From Calditrichaceae bacterium (GTDB taxonomy: Bacteria > Calditrichota > Calditrichia > Calditrichales > JBFXGD01): a DNA stretch of 64,000 bases. Shown here one piece after another: positions 1 through 9,720 of the stretch (its first letter is position 1; the number at the start of each line of letters is the position of its first letter). The stretch covers positions 31,463-95,462 of the forward strand of contig JBFXLE010000015.1 of assembly GCA_050173015.1 (NCBI GenBank), read 5' to 3'. Below the pieces are notes generated by a model, which had not been told where the DNA came from, ran no database searches, and saw only the letters and a program-made list of their open reading frames with translations. The translations under genes were made by a program, and so were the position numbers.

Positions 1-1
1 C

Positions 2-298
2 CTAGGGGGAAATGTAATACGCCGTGATCTGGGTTCTGTGCTCATGCGTGAAGTTTCCGATTATATTAAGCGCAGTATTCAATATTCACTTGATAACAGG
101 AAAGACGCGCTGAAATACGCGCTGAAATTTGCCGGTGACATGGACCCCAAACTGGCTGACAAGTTTGTGGGAATGTATGTAAATCACTGGACACTTGACT
201 ATGGCGAGAAAGGCCGGAAAGCGATTAAAACCATCCTGAAACGAGGTTTTGAAGCCGGTATTATTGATCAGGAAACGGATGTTGAATTTCTTGACTAG
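2..298 (+). CDS. mqnD: 1,4-dihydroxy-6-naphthoate synthase MqnD (futalosine menaquinone pathway), 5'-truncated by window edge
   Basis: Frame is open from base 2 and reads LGGNVIRRDLG...SIQYSL...FVGMYVNHWTLDYGEKGRKAI, typical of the MqnD C-terminal half. Confidence 0.8.
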   Translation, partial: LGGNVIRRDLGSVLMREVSDYIKRSIQYSLDNRKDALKYALKFAGDMDPKLADKFVGMYVNHWTLDYGEKGRKAIKTILKRGFEAGIIDQETDVEFLD

Positions 299-363
299 TA
301 CTTTTTAAAGTGTACAACCGATGCAAATTTTATCATATTAAATAAAGAAAGAACAGATTTATC

Positions 364-1197
364 ATGGGACGCGATTTAAAAGAGCTAAAACTTACCGCTA
401 ATACCATCCGTCAGGAAGTGGTAAAAATGATTTTCGAGGCCCAGTCCGGACATCCCGGCGGGTCACTTTCAGCTGTTGAAATTCTGACCGCCTTGTACTT
501 TGAAATTATGAATTATAATGTTGAAAATCCTAATTGGAGCGGCAGGGACCGTTTTATTCTCAGCAAGGGACACGCGGCGCCCGTATTGTACGCCACACTG
601 GCGGAAGCGGGTTTTATCGACAAGGGTCATCTTAAAACATTGCGCAAACTCGGAAGCCCTCTTCAGGGTCATCCCGATAAACGCGTGTTGCCGATTCTTG
701 AAACTTCTACCGGATCTCTGGGACAGGGAATATCCACAGGAATTGGATTAAGCCTTTCCGCCAGACTTGACGGCGCTGATTATCATACTTATGTGGTGAT
801 TGGCGATGGTGAAAGCAATGAAGGACAGATATGGGAAGCCGCCATGTACGCCGGCCATCATCATCTTGACAACTTAACGGTTATTCTTGACTTAAACGGA
901 TTTCAGCTGGATGACGCCAACTCGGTTATTCTCGATTTAAATCCCATAAAAGACAAATGGACCGCTTGTAACTGGCACGTGATTGATATTGACGGTCATG
1001 ATATGGCTGCCATGGTTGACGCCCTGAAGGAGGCCAAAACAACAAAAGGCAAGCCAACCGTGGTTATTGCCCGCACCGTAAAAGGAAAAGGTGTTTCATT
1101 TATGGAGAATAACAATAAATTTCATGGTGTGGCGCCCACGGCCGATGAGCTAAAAACAGCTTTAAAGGAACTTGCGTCCGCAAGAGGACTAATCTGA
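364..1197 (+). CDS. Transketolase, N-terminal (TPP-binding) subunit
   Basis: SGHPGGSLS, DRFILSKGH, LQGHP, GSLGQG and GDGE TPP-binding motifs. Confidence 0.95.
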   Translation: MGRDLKELKLTANTIRQEVVKMIFEAQSGHPGGSLSAVEILTALYFEIMNYNVENPNWSGRDRFILSKGHAAPVLYATLAEAGFIDKGHLKTLRKLGSPLQGHPDKRVLPILETSTGSLGQGISTGIGLSLSARLDGADYHTYVVIGDGESNEGQIWEAAMYAGHHHLDNLTVILDLNGFQLDDANSVILDLNPIKDKWTACNWHVIDIDGHDMAAMVDALKEAKTTKGKPTVVIARTVKGKGVSFMENNNKFHGVAPTADELKTALKELASARGLI

Positions 1198-1231
1198 GTA
1201 TTTTAACTTTTTGAAAGAACAGGTGTTATAA

Positions 1232-2173
1232 ATGAAAAAAGAATATACTTTAGGGAAAGCAACCCGTCAGGCCTATGGGGAATCCCTTGTTGAACTTGGA
1301 AAAACAAATAAGAATATCGTAGTCCTTGACGCTGATTTGTCAAAATCAACCTATTCAAACCGGTTTCAGGACGCGTTTCCGGACAGATTTTTCAACATAG
1401 GCATTGCTGAGGCAAACATGGTCTCGATCGCGGCGGGATTCGCTGCAGGAGAAAAAATTCCGTTCGCCAGCAGTTTTGCCACATTTTTGATGAGTAAAGG
1501 GTTTGACCAGCTGCGTCAATCCGTTGCCTATCCCAATTTTAACGTAAAAATATGCGGATCACACTCCGGTATCAGTATCGGTGAAGACGGTCCGTCACAG
1601 ATGGGTATAGAAGATATCGCGCTTGCCTGCGCGTTACCTGGTTTCACCGTTGTCATCCCTGCTGATGAGATTGCCGTCAAACAGCTTATGCCGCAAATCT
1701 TAAATCATAAGGGCCCGGTTTATATAAGAACCGGCCGGCCAAAGTCTGCTGTAGTGTATAATGATCATTCAGAACTCAAACTGGGGAAAGCAAATTTACT
1801 CCGGGATGGCAGTGATATTACAATCGCGGCCATGGGTTTGATGGTCGTTGAAGCGTTAAAGGCAGCGGATGAACTGGAGGATTTGGGTATTTCAGCGCGT
1901 GTTGTAGATTTTCATACCGTAAAACCCATTGACAGAGAGATGATTGCAAGCTGCGCGCGGGAAACCAAAGCGATCTTATGTGTCGAGGAACATCTGCTTG
2001 ACGGCGGACTCGGAAGCATCGTATCACGGGTTGTTGCTGAAACCACCCCGGTTAAAATGGGATTCATCGGTTTGGAAACATACGCTGAATCCGGCACTCC
2101 GGATGAGCTTCTGGACCGTTATGGTCTGAGAGCGGTAAATATTATCGATAAAGCCAAAGAATTACTTAAATAA
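1232..2173 (+). CDS. Transketolase, C-terminal subunit
   Basis: DADLSKST, GIAEANM, GEDGPSQ and EEH...GGLGS motifs; directly follows the N-terminal subunit. Confidence 0.95.
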   Translation: MKKEYTLGKATRQAYGESLVELGKTNKNIVVLDADLSKSTYSNRFQDAFPDRFFNIGIAEANMVSIAAGFAAGEKIPFASSFATFLMSKGFDQLRQSVAYPNFNVKICGSHSGISIGEDGPSQMGIEDIALACALPGFTVVIPADEIAVKQLMPQILNHKGPVYIRTGRPKSAVVYNDHSELKLGKANLLRDGSDITIAAMGLMVVEALKAADELEDLGISARVVDFHTVKPIDREMIASCARETKAILCVEEHLLDGGLGSIVSRVVAETTPVKMGFIGLETYAESGTPDELLDRYGLRAVNIIDKAKELLK

Positions 2174-2206
2174 AAAAAAGACTGCCTGCGGGCAGTCTTT
2201 TTTTTT
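2172..2206. terminator. Bidirectional rho-independent terminator
   Basis: A8-GACTGCC-tgcg-GGCAGTC-T9 between convergent genes. Confidence 0.85.
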
Positions 2207-2215
2207 CTACCGATA

Positions 2216-2665
2216 TTAAATTCCGTGACAATTTGTTCCTGTATCCCCGCATGAGCTTGATGGTCTCGCAAGCGAATTCTCACCGCTATGGCATTTATTG
2301 CACGTGGTAACCGATTCATTTAGAACACCTTTAACAAACTGGCCATGAAAAACAGGACCCGCGAGTGTCCAGCCGCTCGGATGAGGATAACTCGCTCTCG
2401 GGTAATCTTTATGACAATCCACACAGAATGTTCCCGCTTCCGCAGACAGGATATTTTCTCCGTGACATGATTTACAGGAAACCGCCCCTGCTTCAGCCAC
2501 TTTATTCGAATGGAAAACTTCGGCCTTGATTACGGCATTATCTCTAATCGTTACTTCGCTCCAGCCATCAGGGTGCGTAACACTGACAACCGGTGAAGTA
2601 TCTTCCGAACAGGCCATAAGTCCGAGAACAAATAAAAACATGACTAAGTATCCAAAAACTTTCAT
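2216..2665 (-). CDS. Small multiheme c-type cytochrome lipoprotein (3 CxxCH plus a possible CX6CH)
   Basis: Lipobox LMAC; CKSCH, CVDCH, CNKCH; C-terminal CGDTGTNCH; repeated HPxGW. Confidence 0.8.
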   Translation of the reverse strand: MKVFGYLVMFLFVLGLMACSEDTSPVVSVTHPDGWSEVTIRDNAVIKAEVFHSNKVAEAGAVSCKSCHGENILSAEAGTFCVDCHKDYPRASYPHPSGWTLAGPVFHGQFVKGVLNESVTTCNKCHSGENSLARPSSSCGDTGTNCHGI

Positions 2666-2709
2666 CTCACTATTCCTTCATTAATAATTATTATGATTTG
2701 CTTTATCAA

Positions 2710-5487
2710 CTAAATTTTATACCCAAACAAGACCGAATAAATGATTAATAGAATCAGGATAATTCCTATGGAAAGGAACGTAAATCCCAACACATTAATA
2801 AACCGTTCCCTGCGTTTCGATATGTACTCTTTTACGACGATCTTCTTTAACGCGCCGCTCTTTTTAAGTTCAGCATAATCTTCGGGACGATCCTTCATAT
2901 ATTCCTCAACGGGCACAAGTCCCGTAAAAATAACCTTATCCATCGGGAAGGCTTCGGGTCTAAGGTGTGTGTTAAAAAAATGAATGGTAAAAATAAACCC
3001 TACCGCCAGCAACGCCTCATCACTATGAATAATCGTGGCCACATTAATCAGCCAGCCCGGGAAAAATTTTGTAAAAAATTCGGGGAACCATAGCATCAAA
3101 CCCGATAAGCCGATCACCGCCACCCCCCAAAAAACAGCAAAATAGTCAAATTTTTCCCAGTATGTCCATTTACCATAATCCGGTCTTTCTCCCTTCCCCA
3201 GAAACCATTTGACTGTTCGCCAAAAATCGACGGCGTCTTTTTTGTTGAACATCATGGAATCACGCCCGAATATAAAATCTTTCCAGGGGGTTTTACGGCT
3301 CATCTTTCTTTTAAATAACTGATAAAGATGACTTGTAAAATAACCCGCCGTCAATATTGCCGCGAATCGATGAATCCATCCTGCCGCCTCTACACCGCCG
3401 ATCATTTTCGCCAGGTATCCGGCCCAGGGCATTCCCGAAAACTTTAGCATCATACCGGTCAGCGCTAACAGGATAAAACTGATAATTACAAATATATGCG
3501 TGAGTCTTTGTGAAAATTCAAAGCGCCGTATGTAATATCTTGTCTGCGGCTCTTTTTGCTTTTTCTTTCTCTCTCTCAAATGGCGAAACGAACGGGGAAG
3601 CCACAGAAGCGTATGTATTCCAAAAAATCCGAAAACACTCACAAGCAGGATTGTCATTGCCCAGTAGGTGTAATAAAGGATTGGATATTTTACCGGGTCA
3701 TGATGCGTGGCATGGGTCAGATATCCGGTAAAGCGCTGATTAGCGTCATCATGACATTTTTGACAGGTCGAAACAATATGATGCATCCCGACACTGGAAT
3801 TCGGATCGTTAATACCAAAAATAAGATGAGAATTATGACAGTCGGAACATTTAGCCGATTTAAGATAACCAAGCTGATAAGTTTTTCCATGCATGGTCTG
3901 CAAATAAGTTTCGGAAAGTTCTCTATGGCAGGTTCCGCATTGATCCGTCACCTCGGTCATAAACTGATCTTTCTCCACCTCGGTGATCTTGTGTGAAGAA
4001 TGACACTGTGTGCATGTCGGGAGCTTTTCCATTTCCCTCTCATCCACTGAAAAATGAATGCTCTTTGTGTAATCCTTATAGATCCCTCTATGACAGGTGG
4101 CGCAAGTCGCCGGAATATTTTTGGGGTGGACCGATGAACGGGTATCCTCGTGATTAAGCTCCATATGCGCGGTATGACAATCCGTGCAAACCGCGCTCGG
4201 CAAAAGTCCCTTTTCGGTAAGGCCCCTGCCGTGAACGCTTTTTGAGTAATCGAATAACGCGTTCGTCTCAGATAAATGTCTGGTCTCTTCCAGACTACTG
4301 TCTGAACGATGGCATCCCCCGCACAATTTCGGGATCGCCGCCCTGTAAGTATTGGATGTTTCATCCAGTGATGATTTTGTATCATGATATCCATGGCAGG
4401 CAATACAGTATGGCACATGCCCGTTTCCCTGCTTATAACCTTTCCCGTGCCCGCTGGCCGCGTATTCTTCGCCTATTTTAATATGGCAGCTTGAACAATC
4501 CACGGGACCGACTGTTTTACAGGGGCGTTCCAATTGCGGATTAACATCAGAATGGCATTTTACGCAGGTCACTTCATTGTGAACCGATTCAGAGATAGTA
4601 GTCTTAGAGACCTGCAGGCTGACAATTTCACCATCTTTGAGTTTATGGATATTTTGATTGTCATGGCATTTAAGACACGATCTGTCAGATACTTTTAAGG
4701 TTAATGATTCCTTGCGCGCTTTATGAGGTAGATGGCAATCGGTGCAGGCCGGGATTGATCCCGGATCGCTGCTCCATTTTTCACCTTCAATTACTTTTAC
4801 ATGAACATCCTCGATACGGCTGTGACATTTCATGCAGGTGGACGCTATATTCCTTGGCGAAATTGAGGATTTGGTATTGGTATGAGGCAGAATAAAGTGA
4901 CTTCTATGACAATCGGCGCACGCGGCGCTGACGATCAATCCTTTTTTAAATAAACCTTCTCCGTGAATACTCAAGCTGTAGTTTTCGAGAATATTATGTT
5001 CTGTGATATTATAAACACGGGCCACCGGGGCGCCTTCCCGGTGACATTTACCGCAAAGAAAAGGAATGTTCATTTTATAAGACGGAGATTTTGGATTCTC
5101 CGGTGAGAGGATATCATGTTTTCCATGACATTCACTGCAATTCGGAGCATAGATTTCTTTTTGTTTTAGCGCCAGGCCGTGAATCCCCGAATCGAATTCA
5201 AGCTGAATATCATCATGACAATCACCACAATGGACAGGATTTAGCCGTTCCGGATGCGGAAACTCTTCCACATCCGCGTCGGGATGACAACTTGCACACT
5301 CCACTCCTTTATGCACAGAATTTTTAAGATCAGAAGGATTGATATAAAGGGAAACCATCCTGTTTCCGCGCTGAACAGTTAGCTCGGGATCAGAATGACA
5401 TTCAAGGCAGGTTTCGTCATCGACAGCATATAGATTACTGCCGGCTAACAGCATTAATAATGTCAGCCAGATTTTCATCATATTCAT
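2710..5487 (-). CDS. Multiheme cytochrome c (19 CxxCH) fused to a cytochrome b membrane domain; CbcL/CbcA-like quinol oxidoreductase
   Basis: Signal peptide and 19 CxxCH counted by hand, then TM helices with [35 protein letters not shown] and IHFFNTH. Start chosen at MNMMK; the ORF track starts at 5508. Confidence 0.85.
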   Translation of the reverse strand: MNMMKIWLTLLMLLAGSNLYAVDDETCLECHSDPELTVQRGNRMVSLYINPSDLKNSVHKGVECASCHPDADVEEFPHPERLNPVHCGDCHDDIQLEFDSGIHGLALKQKEIYAPNCSECHGKHDILSPENPKSPSYKMNIPFLCGKCHREGAPVARVYNITEHNILENYSLSIHGEGLFKKGLIVSAACADCHRSHFILPHTNTKSSISPRNIASTCMKCHSRIEDVHVKVIEGEKWSSDPGSIPACTDCHLPHKARKESLTLKVSDRSCLKCHDNQNIHKLKDGEIVSLQVSKTTISESVHNEVTCVKCHSDVNPQLERPCKTVGPVDCSSCHIKIGEEYAASGHGKGYKQGNGHVPYCIACHGYHDTKSSLDETSNTYRAAIPKLCGGCHRSDSSLEETRHLSETNALFDYSKSVHGRGLTEKGLLPSAVCTDCHTAHMELNHEDTRSSVHPKNIPATCATCHRGIYKDYTKSIHFSVDEREMEKLPTCTQCHSSHKITEVEKDQFMTEVTDQCGTCHRELSETYLQTMHGKTYQLGYLKSAKCSDCHNSHLIFGINDPNSSVGMHHIVSTCQKCHDDANQRFTGYLTHATHHDPVKYPILYYTYWAMTILLVSVFGFFGIHTLLWLPRSFRHLRERKKKQKEPQTRYYIRRFEFSQRLTHIFVIISFILLALTGMMLKFSGMPWAGYLAKMIGGVEAAGWIHRFAAILTAGYFTSHLYQLFKRKMSRKTPWKDFIFGRDSMMFNKKDAVDFWRTVKWFLGKGERPDYGKWTYWEKFDYFAVFWGVAVIGLSGLMLWFPEFFTKFFPGWLINVATIIHSDEALLAVGFIFTIHFFNTHLRPEAFPMDKVIFTGLVPVEEYMKDRPEDYAELKKSGALKKIVVKEYISKRRERFINVLGFTFLSIGIILILLIIYSVLFGYKI

Positions 5488-5618
5488 CCATAGTACTCTG
5501 GAACACAATTGCTACATTTATAAAAATCCGGTTGCCGGTCCAAAAAATTTCCCTTCTCCGAAGACAGAAAATTCAAATGCCATTTTGGAATTGGAGCGGC
5601 AACCGGTTAATAAATACC

Positions 5619-7541
5619 CTAAATTTTGGGTTGATGTGAATTGTCTTTTTGCTCCATCAGCTTTTCATACTCAAGCGGATGATGATGTTTCATTTCATCC
5701 AAAGTAATTTTCCCATCCATCCAGGTGGTACTCATCGGATATTTTTCAGGATGAAGAATAACAAAAAACCAGTGCCAGATTACGATCGCCAGAGTAGCCA
5801 GCCATGCTTCGTAATAATGAATCACCTCCGATGTTTCAAATAACCAGGTTGGGAGAAAACCGATAAAAAATTCAGGGAACCACAACACCAGACCGCTTGC
5901 CCCCATCACAATCACACCCCATATCAAAGCAAGATATTCCGCTTTCTCGGCATAATCGAATCGACCAAAGCGAGGTCGCTCCTTGCTCAATCCCAGATAA
6001 AAAGAAATATTTTTCCATAATCCGATCACATCATCCAGTGTCGGCATTAATTCTATTAATTCTCTTCGTCCTTTCTGAGTAAACAGAAGATATCCCAGTT
6101 GAACCACTGAGATTGTACCCATAACAACCGCCGCGACTCTGTGGGTTACGGATCGTATGGCCTCTGTCATACCGAGTGAAACAAGTAGTTTTACCCAGCC
6201 CGCTTCCGGAAATTTCAGCGCGAAGCCTGTAATCGCCAGCAAGGTGAAACTAAGAAACATCAACATGTGCTGATAAACTTCGAACGACTGAAATCTCGGC
6301 ACTCGCTCAGCATACTTATCAGCTTTTCTTTTTTCACGGATATGATGCACAAGGATGATCAGATTGTGGATAAACATTCCGCCGATCACAACAACAATCA
6401 TCCATATATATAAGTTTTTAAAAAAGAAGGCGATAGGATTTCTGACCTGCTGATTTATCGGATGCACATCAATTTTAACAAAACTTTCCGAAATATTCGC
6501 GTGACATTTGCCGCATGTTTCCTGCAGATGCGCGGGATGAACACTCGCCAGACTATCCGATTTTGATTTGATCGCGTGTGTTTCATGGCAGCTTGTACAG
6601 GTTGCCGCTTCAGGAGATCCCTTTAGCGCGGCCAATCCGTGATAACTTTTCATATAGGAATCAAGTCGCTCAGCATCCAATCCAAACCTCGACATGAGTG
6701 TTGGAGAAGAATGACAGCTGGCGCATAGTTTCGTGGACTGAAGAAGACCGCTGGTCGTCGCGTTTTTATCTGATGCCATCTTTATATCGTGTTCACCGTG
6801 ACAGTCTGTACAAACCGGTGATTCTCCATGCCCACGCTGCAATGAATTCCAATGAATACTGTCATGATATTCATCTTTTTCACTTTCATGACAAGTACCG
6901 CATGTCTCCGGTATGTTCAGGGCGTTCAAATGTGATTCAGGATTGATGGCCGGTAAGATCGCATGATAATCATGACAATCCGTACAGGTTGCCACCTCTG
7001 CCTCGGGATCTTCGGTAATCATTTTCCCGTGAACACTTTCAAGATAACTTGCAACCGGATTCACGTTTCTTCTGCCGAACAGACGAATAACTTCCGGCTT
7101 GGCGTGACAAGACGCGCATGTATAGGCCAGGTTTCCATGATGGACTTTCGACTCCGTCTCATCAGAACTCAGAATATCATGAACCCCATGACAATCCGTA
7201 CATTTTGCGGCTGCCTCCGAACCCTTTGCCAACGCCTGTCCGTGAATGCTCCGGTTGTATTCTTCCTGGGCATCCTCATGACATGTGGCACAATTCACAG
7301 GGGTAAGAATCTCTTCATGAGGCAATTCTTCGATACCCTGATGACAATCGATACACTCAAATCCACCGTGAATGGAATTCTCGAAATTTTCCGCATGTAC
7401 AAAAACAGAAACTTCCGTAGTGTCATTAATCATCCTTGTCAGATCCGGATCGCTGTGGCATTCCATACAATCTTCGTTGGACTGTCCAAAAGCAAACACC
7501 GCGGCTGCGAATAGCAATAATAATACTCGTTTCAAAAGCAT
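5619..7541 (-). CDS. Multiheme cytochrome c (11 CxxCH) fused to a cytochrome b membrane domain; CbcL-like
   Basis: Signal peptide and 11 CxxCH; membrane domain with YQH, THRVAA, YAEKAEYLALIWG, IHYYEAWLA and WHWFF. ATG at 7541 follows GAGGAA. Confidence 0.85.
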   Translation of the reverse strand: MLLKRVLLLLFAAAVFAFGQSNEDCMECHSDPDLTRMINDTTEVSVFVHAENFENSIHGGFECIDCHQGIEELPHEEILTPVNCATCHEDAQEEYNRSIHGQALAKGSEAAAKCTDCHGVHDILSSDETESKVHHGNLAYTCASCHAKPEVIRLFGRRNVNPVASYLESVHGKMITEDPEAEVATCTDCHDYHAILPAINPESHLNALNIPETCGTCHESEKDEYHDSIHWNSLQRGHGESPVCTDCHGEHDIKMASDKNATTSGLLQSTKLCASCHSSPTLMSRFGLDAERLDSYMKSYHGLAALKGSPEAATCTSCHETHAIKSKSDSLASVHPAHLQETCGKCHANISESFVKIDVHPINQQVRNPIAFFFKNLYIWMIVVVIGGMFIHNLIILVHHIREKRKADKYAERVPRFQSFEVYQHMLMFLSFTLLAITGFALKFPEAGWVKLLVSLGMTEAIRSVTHRVAAVVMGTISVVQLGYLLFTQKGRRELIELMPTLDDVIGLWKNISFYLGLSKERPRFGRFDYAEKAEYLALIWGVIVMGASGLVLWFPEFFIGFLPTWLFETSEVIHYYEAWLATLAIVIWHWFFVILHPEKYPMSTTWMDGKITLDEMKHHHPLEYEKLMEQKDNSHQPKI

Positions 7542-7551
7542 TAATTCCTCA

Positions 7552-8439
7552 CTACTTTCCATGACAGGTGACACAAACTATATCCGTATAAGCATCATTG
7601 TGACAACTCATACAATTATCAAAATCAGACCGCCCGGCTCTCGCGTGCCTGCCACCGTTACCCGGTACCGTGTTTGACCAGTTTGCAAAAGCATGATTTT
7701 GAGGCATGACTCTCTCGGCCTGATGGCAGTCGATACAGAATGAGAATTCTTCGTGACAGGTTAAGCAATTCTCTTTATTTCCTTTAGCCTGCATTCCGTG
7801 AGTCTGCCTGAAATTAAGCGGATGTACCTCGCGATTCAAATTATCACCTTCATGACATGTAGTGCAATAATTATTCTGATGACAGTGATTGCAGGAAGTC
7901 GTCTGTGACATCATACCATGATCTTTTTTCCAGTTAAGCCGGTGAGTCTCCGGTACAAATTTCATTTCCGATTCATGACAGGTTAGACATGCCTGCTTAT
8001 TCTCACTGTAGTCCTGATTTTCATGGCAATTCGCGCAGACCTGACTATCAGGTATATGCAGGGTACCGACCTTTTCTTTTTTATCAATCCCCTGGTGGCA
8101 GGTCTGACAGTTTACTTTACCTGAGACATGTGTCTTGTGTGGAAATTTGCTCCCATAATCCACAACACGCTGAGCAATACCCGGTTCATCCGGATTCGTG
8201 TGGCACATTGCGCATTCTACTTCATCCGGACTATGGCAACTGTTGCAGGTCTCCATTGCCGGAAGCAAATTATCCGCCTGCGAAAGACTGCTATTCGCGT
8301 TGGCATGACAATCTGTGCAGGCCGCGCCGACATCTTCCGCATGTAATTGATGCGAGAAAATAATCTGATCCGGAGCCTGCGCATTGGCAAAACCGGTCAG
8401 ACAGAACAATACTATGGTTATAAATGATAAGCCTTTCAT
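7552..8439 (-). CDS. Periplasmic dodecaheme cytochrome c (cytochrome c3-like)
   Basis: Signal peptide (ANA), FSHxxH and FPHxxH motifs, 12 CxxCH. Confidence 0.9.
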   Translation of the reverse strand: MKGLSFITIVLFCLTGFANAQAPDQIIFSHQLHAEDVGAACTDCHANANSSLSQADNLLPAMETCNSCHSPDEVECAMCHTNPDEPGIAQRVVDYGSKFPHKTHVSGKVNCQTCHQGIDKKEKVGTLHIPDSQVCANCHENQDYSENKQACLTCHESEMKFVPETHRLNWKKDHGMMSQTTSCNHCHQNNYCTTCHEGDNLNREVHPLNFRQTHGMQAKGNKENCLTCHEEFSFCIDCHQAERVMPQNHAFANWSNTVPGNGGRHARAGRSDFDNCMSCHNDAYTDIVCVTCHGK

Positions 8440-8452
8440 ACGACAGCACCTT

Positions 8453-9649
8453 TTACCAAATGAAATGAATATGGTTTAATATACGTTGATCCGAGTCTTT
8501 CTCCCGGTTTGTCAGCCACTGATATTCCAGATCAGCGCTCCAGTTCTTTGAGAAACTATATGACGCTCTGACCGCGTTTGCCAGCTGATCTTCGTAATCA
8601 TATACTTCTTCATAACGGTATTGTGAATAGTCCACACTGAGAGAAGCCAGAAGCTTTGGTGTGACCTGGTATCCATAATCAACCGTTACGCCTGTTTGAT
8701 CACCCAGATCACCGGTTTCAAAAATAAATCCCAGCGTTCCATTGGAATTATTCAGCGTCAGCAGTACCCGCTGCGCGTCTCCGTCTTCCAATTGAAGAAA
8801 CTGATATTCCGCGCCAAGATAGTATTCGTCTGTCAGCGCATAGGAACCGTTAAACGCGCTTAAAGTATAGGATTCCACGTCAAAGATACGGAAATAGGAA
8901 TCGCCGTAAATTTGCGGATGCTGCTGCTTAAAGTATAGATTCGCGCTAAATTTATCAGACATCCGGTATCTTCCCGACACATAGAAACGATGCAAACGGT
9001 CATTTACCAGATCATAATGAGTCTGCAACATAATTTTCAGGTTGTTAACTGATGAGTTGTATAAATTCAGCCCGGCGATTTGCCACTGCGTTTCCCCGGA
9101 ATGCGTTTTTTGAAGATATACGCCCTGAATGTCCGTGTCATAAAAATTTTTATATTTCAGAGCCGTCCCGTAAACAGCCGCGTCGTCGGATTCGTAGATC
9201 TCAAAAGCTTTGTTAAAGTGAGATTCGACACCGCCATATAACTGCCATTCCACGTTCCTGATCGGACGGAAAATCATATTCAGACCATCAATACTCCCCA
9301 GAACCAATCCGGGATGCAGAAATTGCCTTCCTAATTCGAAGTCCATCAGATTATTAAACAATCCCTTGCCGGAGATGGACATACGGTAAGCGTTAAATCT
9401 TCTTTCATCCGCAAGATCTTCATCAAGATCGGTGAGAATCCGGCCTGACATATTAAATCTGAGATCCCCCCACTCCTTCAGCCCGGCCTGAAAACGGACA
9501 GTCTGATACAAACGGGTATGTGATGTGGTATCTTCGTATGAATATACTGTATTCGAAATACGTCCGTTTGTCTGAATACCCTGGGCAAAAAGATTCAATG
9601 CAAGAAAACCCAGTACCATAATGCTAGTTAAAACAATTTTCGTTTTCAT
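8453..9649 (-). CDS. Outer-membrane beta-barrel (porin of a porin-cytochrome complex)
   Basis: Signal peptide; Tyr/Gly-rich alternating beta-strand pattern; GRQ motif; C-terminal aromatic HIHFIW; flanked by multiheme cytochromes. Confidence 0.75.
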   Translation of the reverse strand: MKTKIVLTSIMVLGFLALNLFAQGIQTNGRISNTVYSYEDTTSHTRLYQTVRFQAGLKEWGDLRFNMSGRILTDLDEDLADERRFNAYRMSISGKGLFNNLMDFELGRQFLHPGLVLGSIDGLNMIFRPIRNVEWQLYGGVESHFNKAFEIYESDDAAVYGTALKYKNFYDTDIQGVYLQKTHSGETQWQIAGLNLYNSSVNNLKIMLQTHYDLVNDRLHRFYVSGRYRMSDKFSANLYFKQQHPQIYGDSYFRIFDVESYTLSAFNGSYALTDEYYLGAEYQFLQLEDGDAQRVLLTLNNSNGTLGFIFETGDLGDQTGVTVDYGYQVTPKLLASLSVDYSQYRYEEVYDYEDQLANAVRASYSFSKNWSADLEYQWLTNREKDSDQRILNHIHFIW

Positions 9650-9671
9650 AACTCTACTCTTATGATTAGGT

Positions 9672-9704
9672 AAAAAGAGGCGGATTCAAAATAAAATCCG
9701 CCTC
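9672..9704 (-). terminator. Intra-operon terminator-like hairpin
   Basis: GAGGCGGATT/AATCCGCCTC inverted repeat followed by a U-run on the minus strand. Confidence 0.6.
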
Positions 9705-9720
9705 CGGATTGGCTTAACAC

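Noticed and set aside
3510-8363. Many short antisense or alternate-frame ORFs over the cytochrome genes (and similar ones elsewhere)
   Set aside because: They are shadow ORFs of well-supported genes and carry no motifs.
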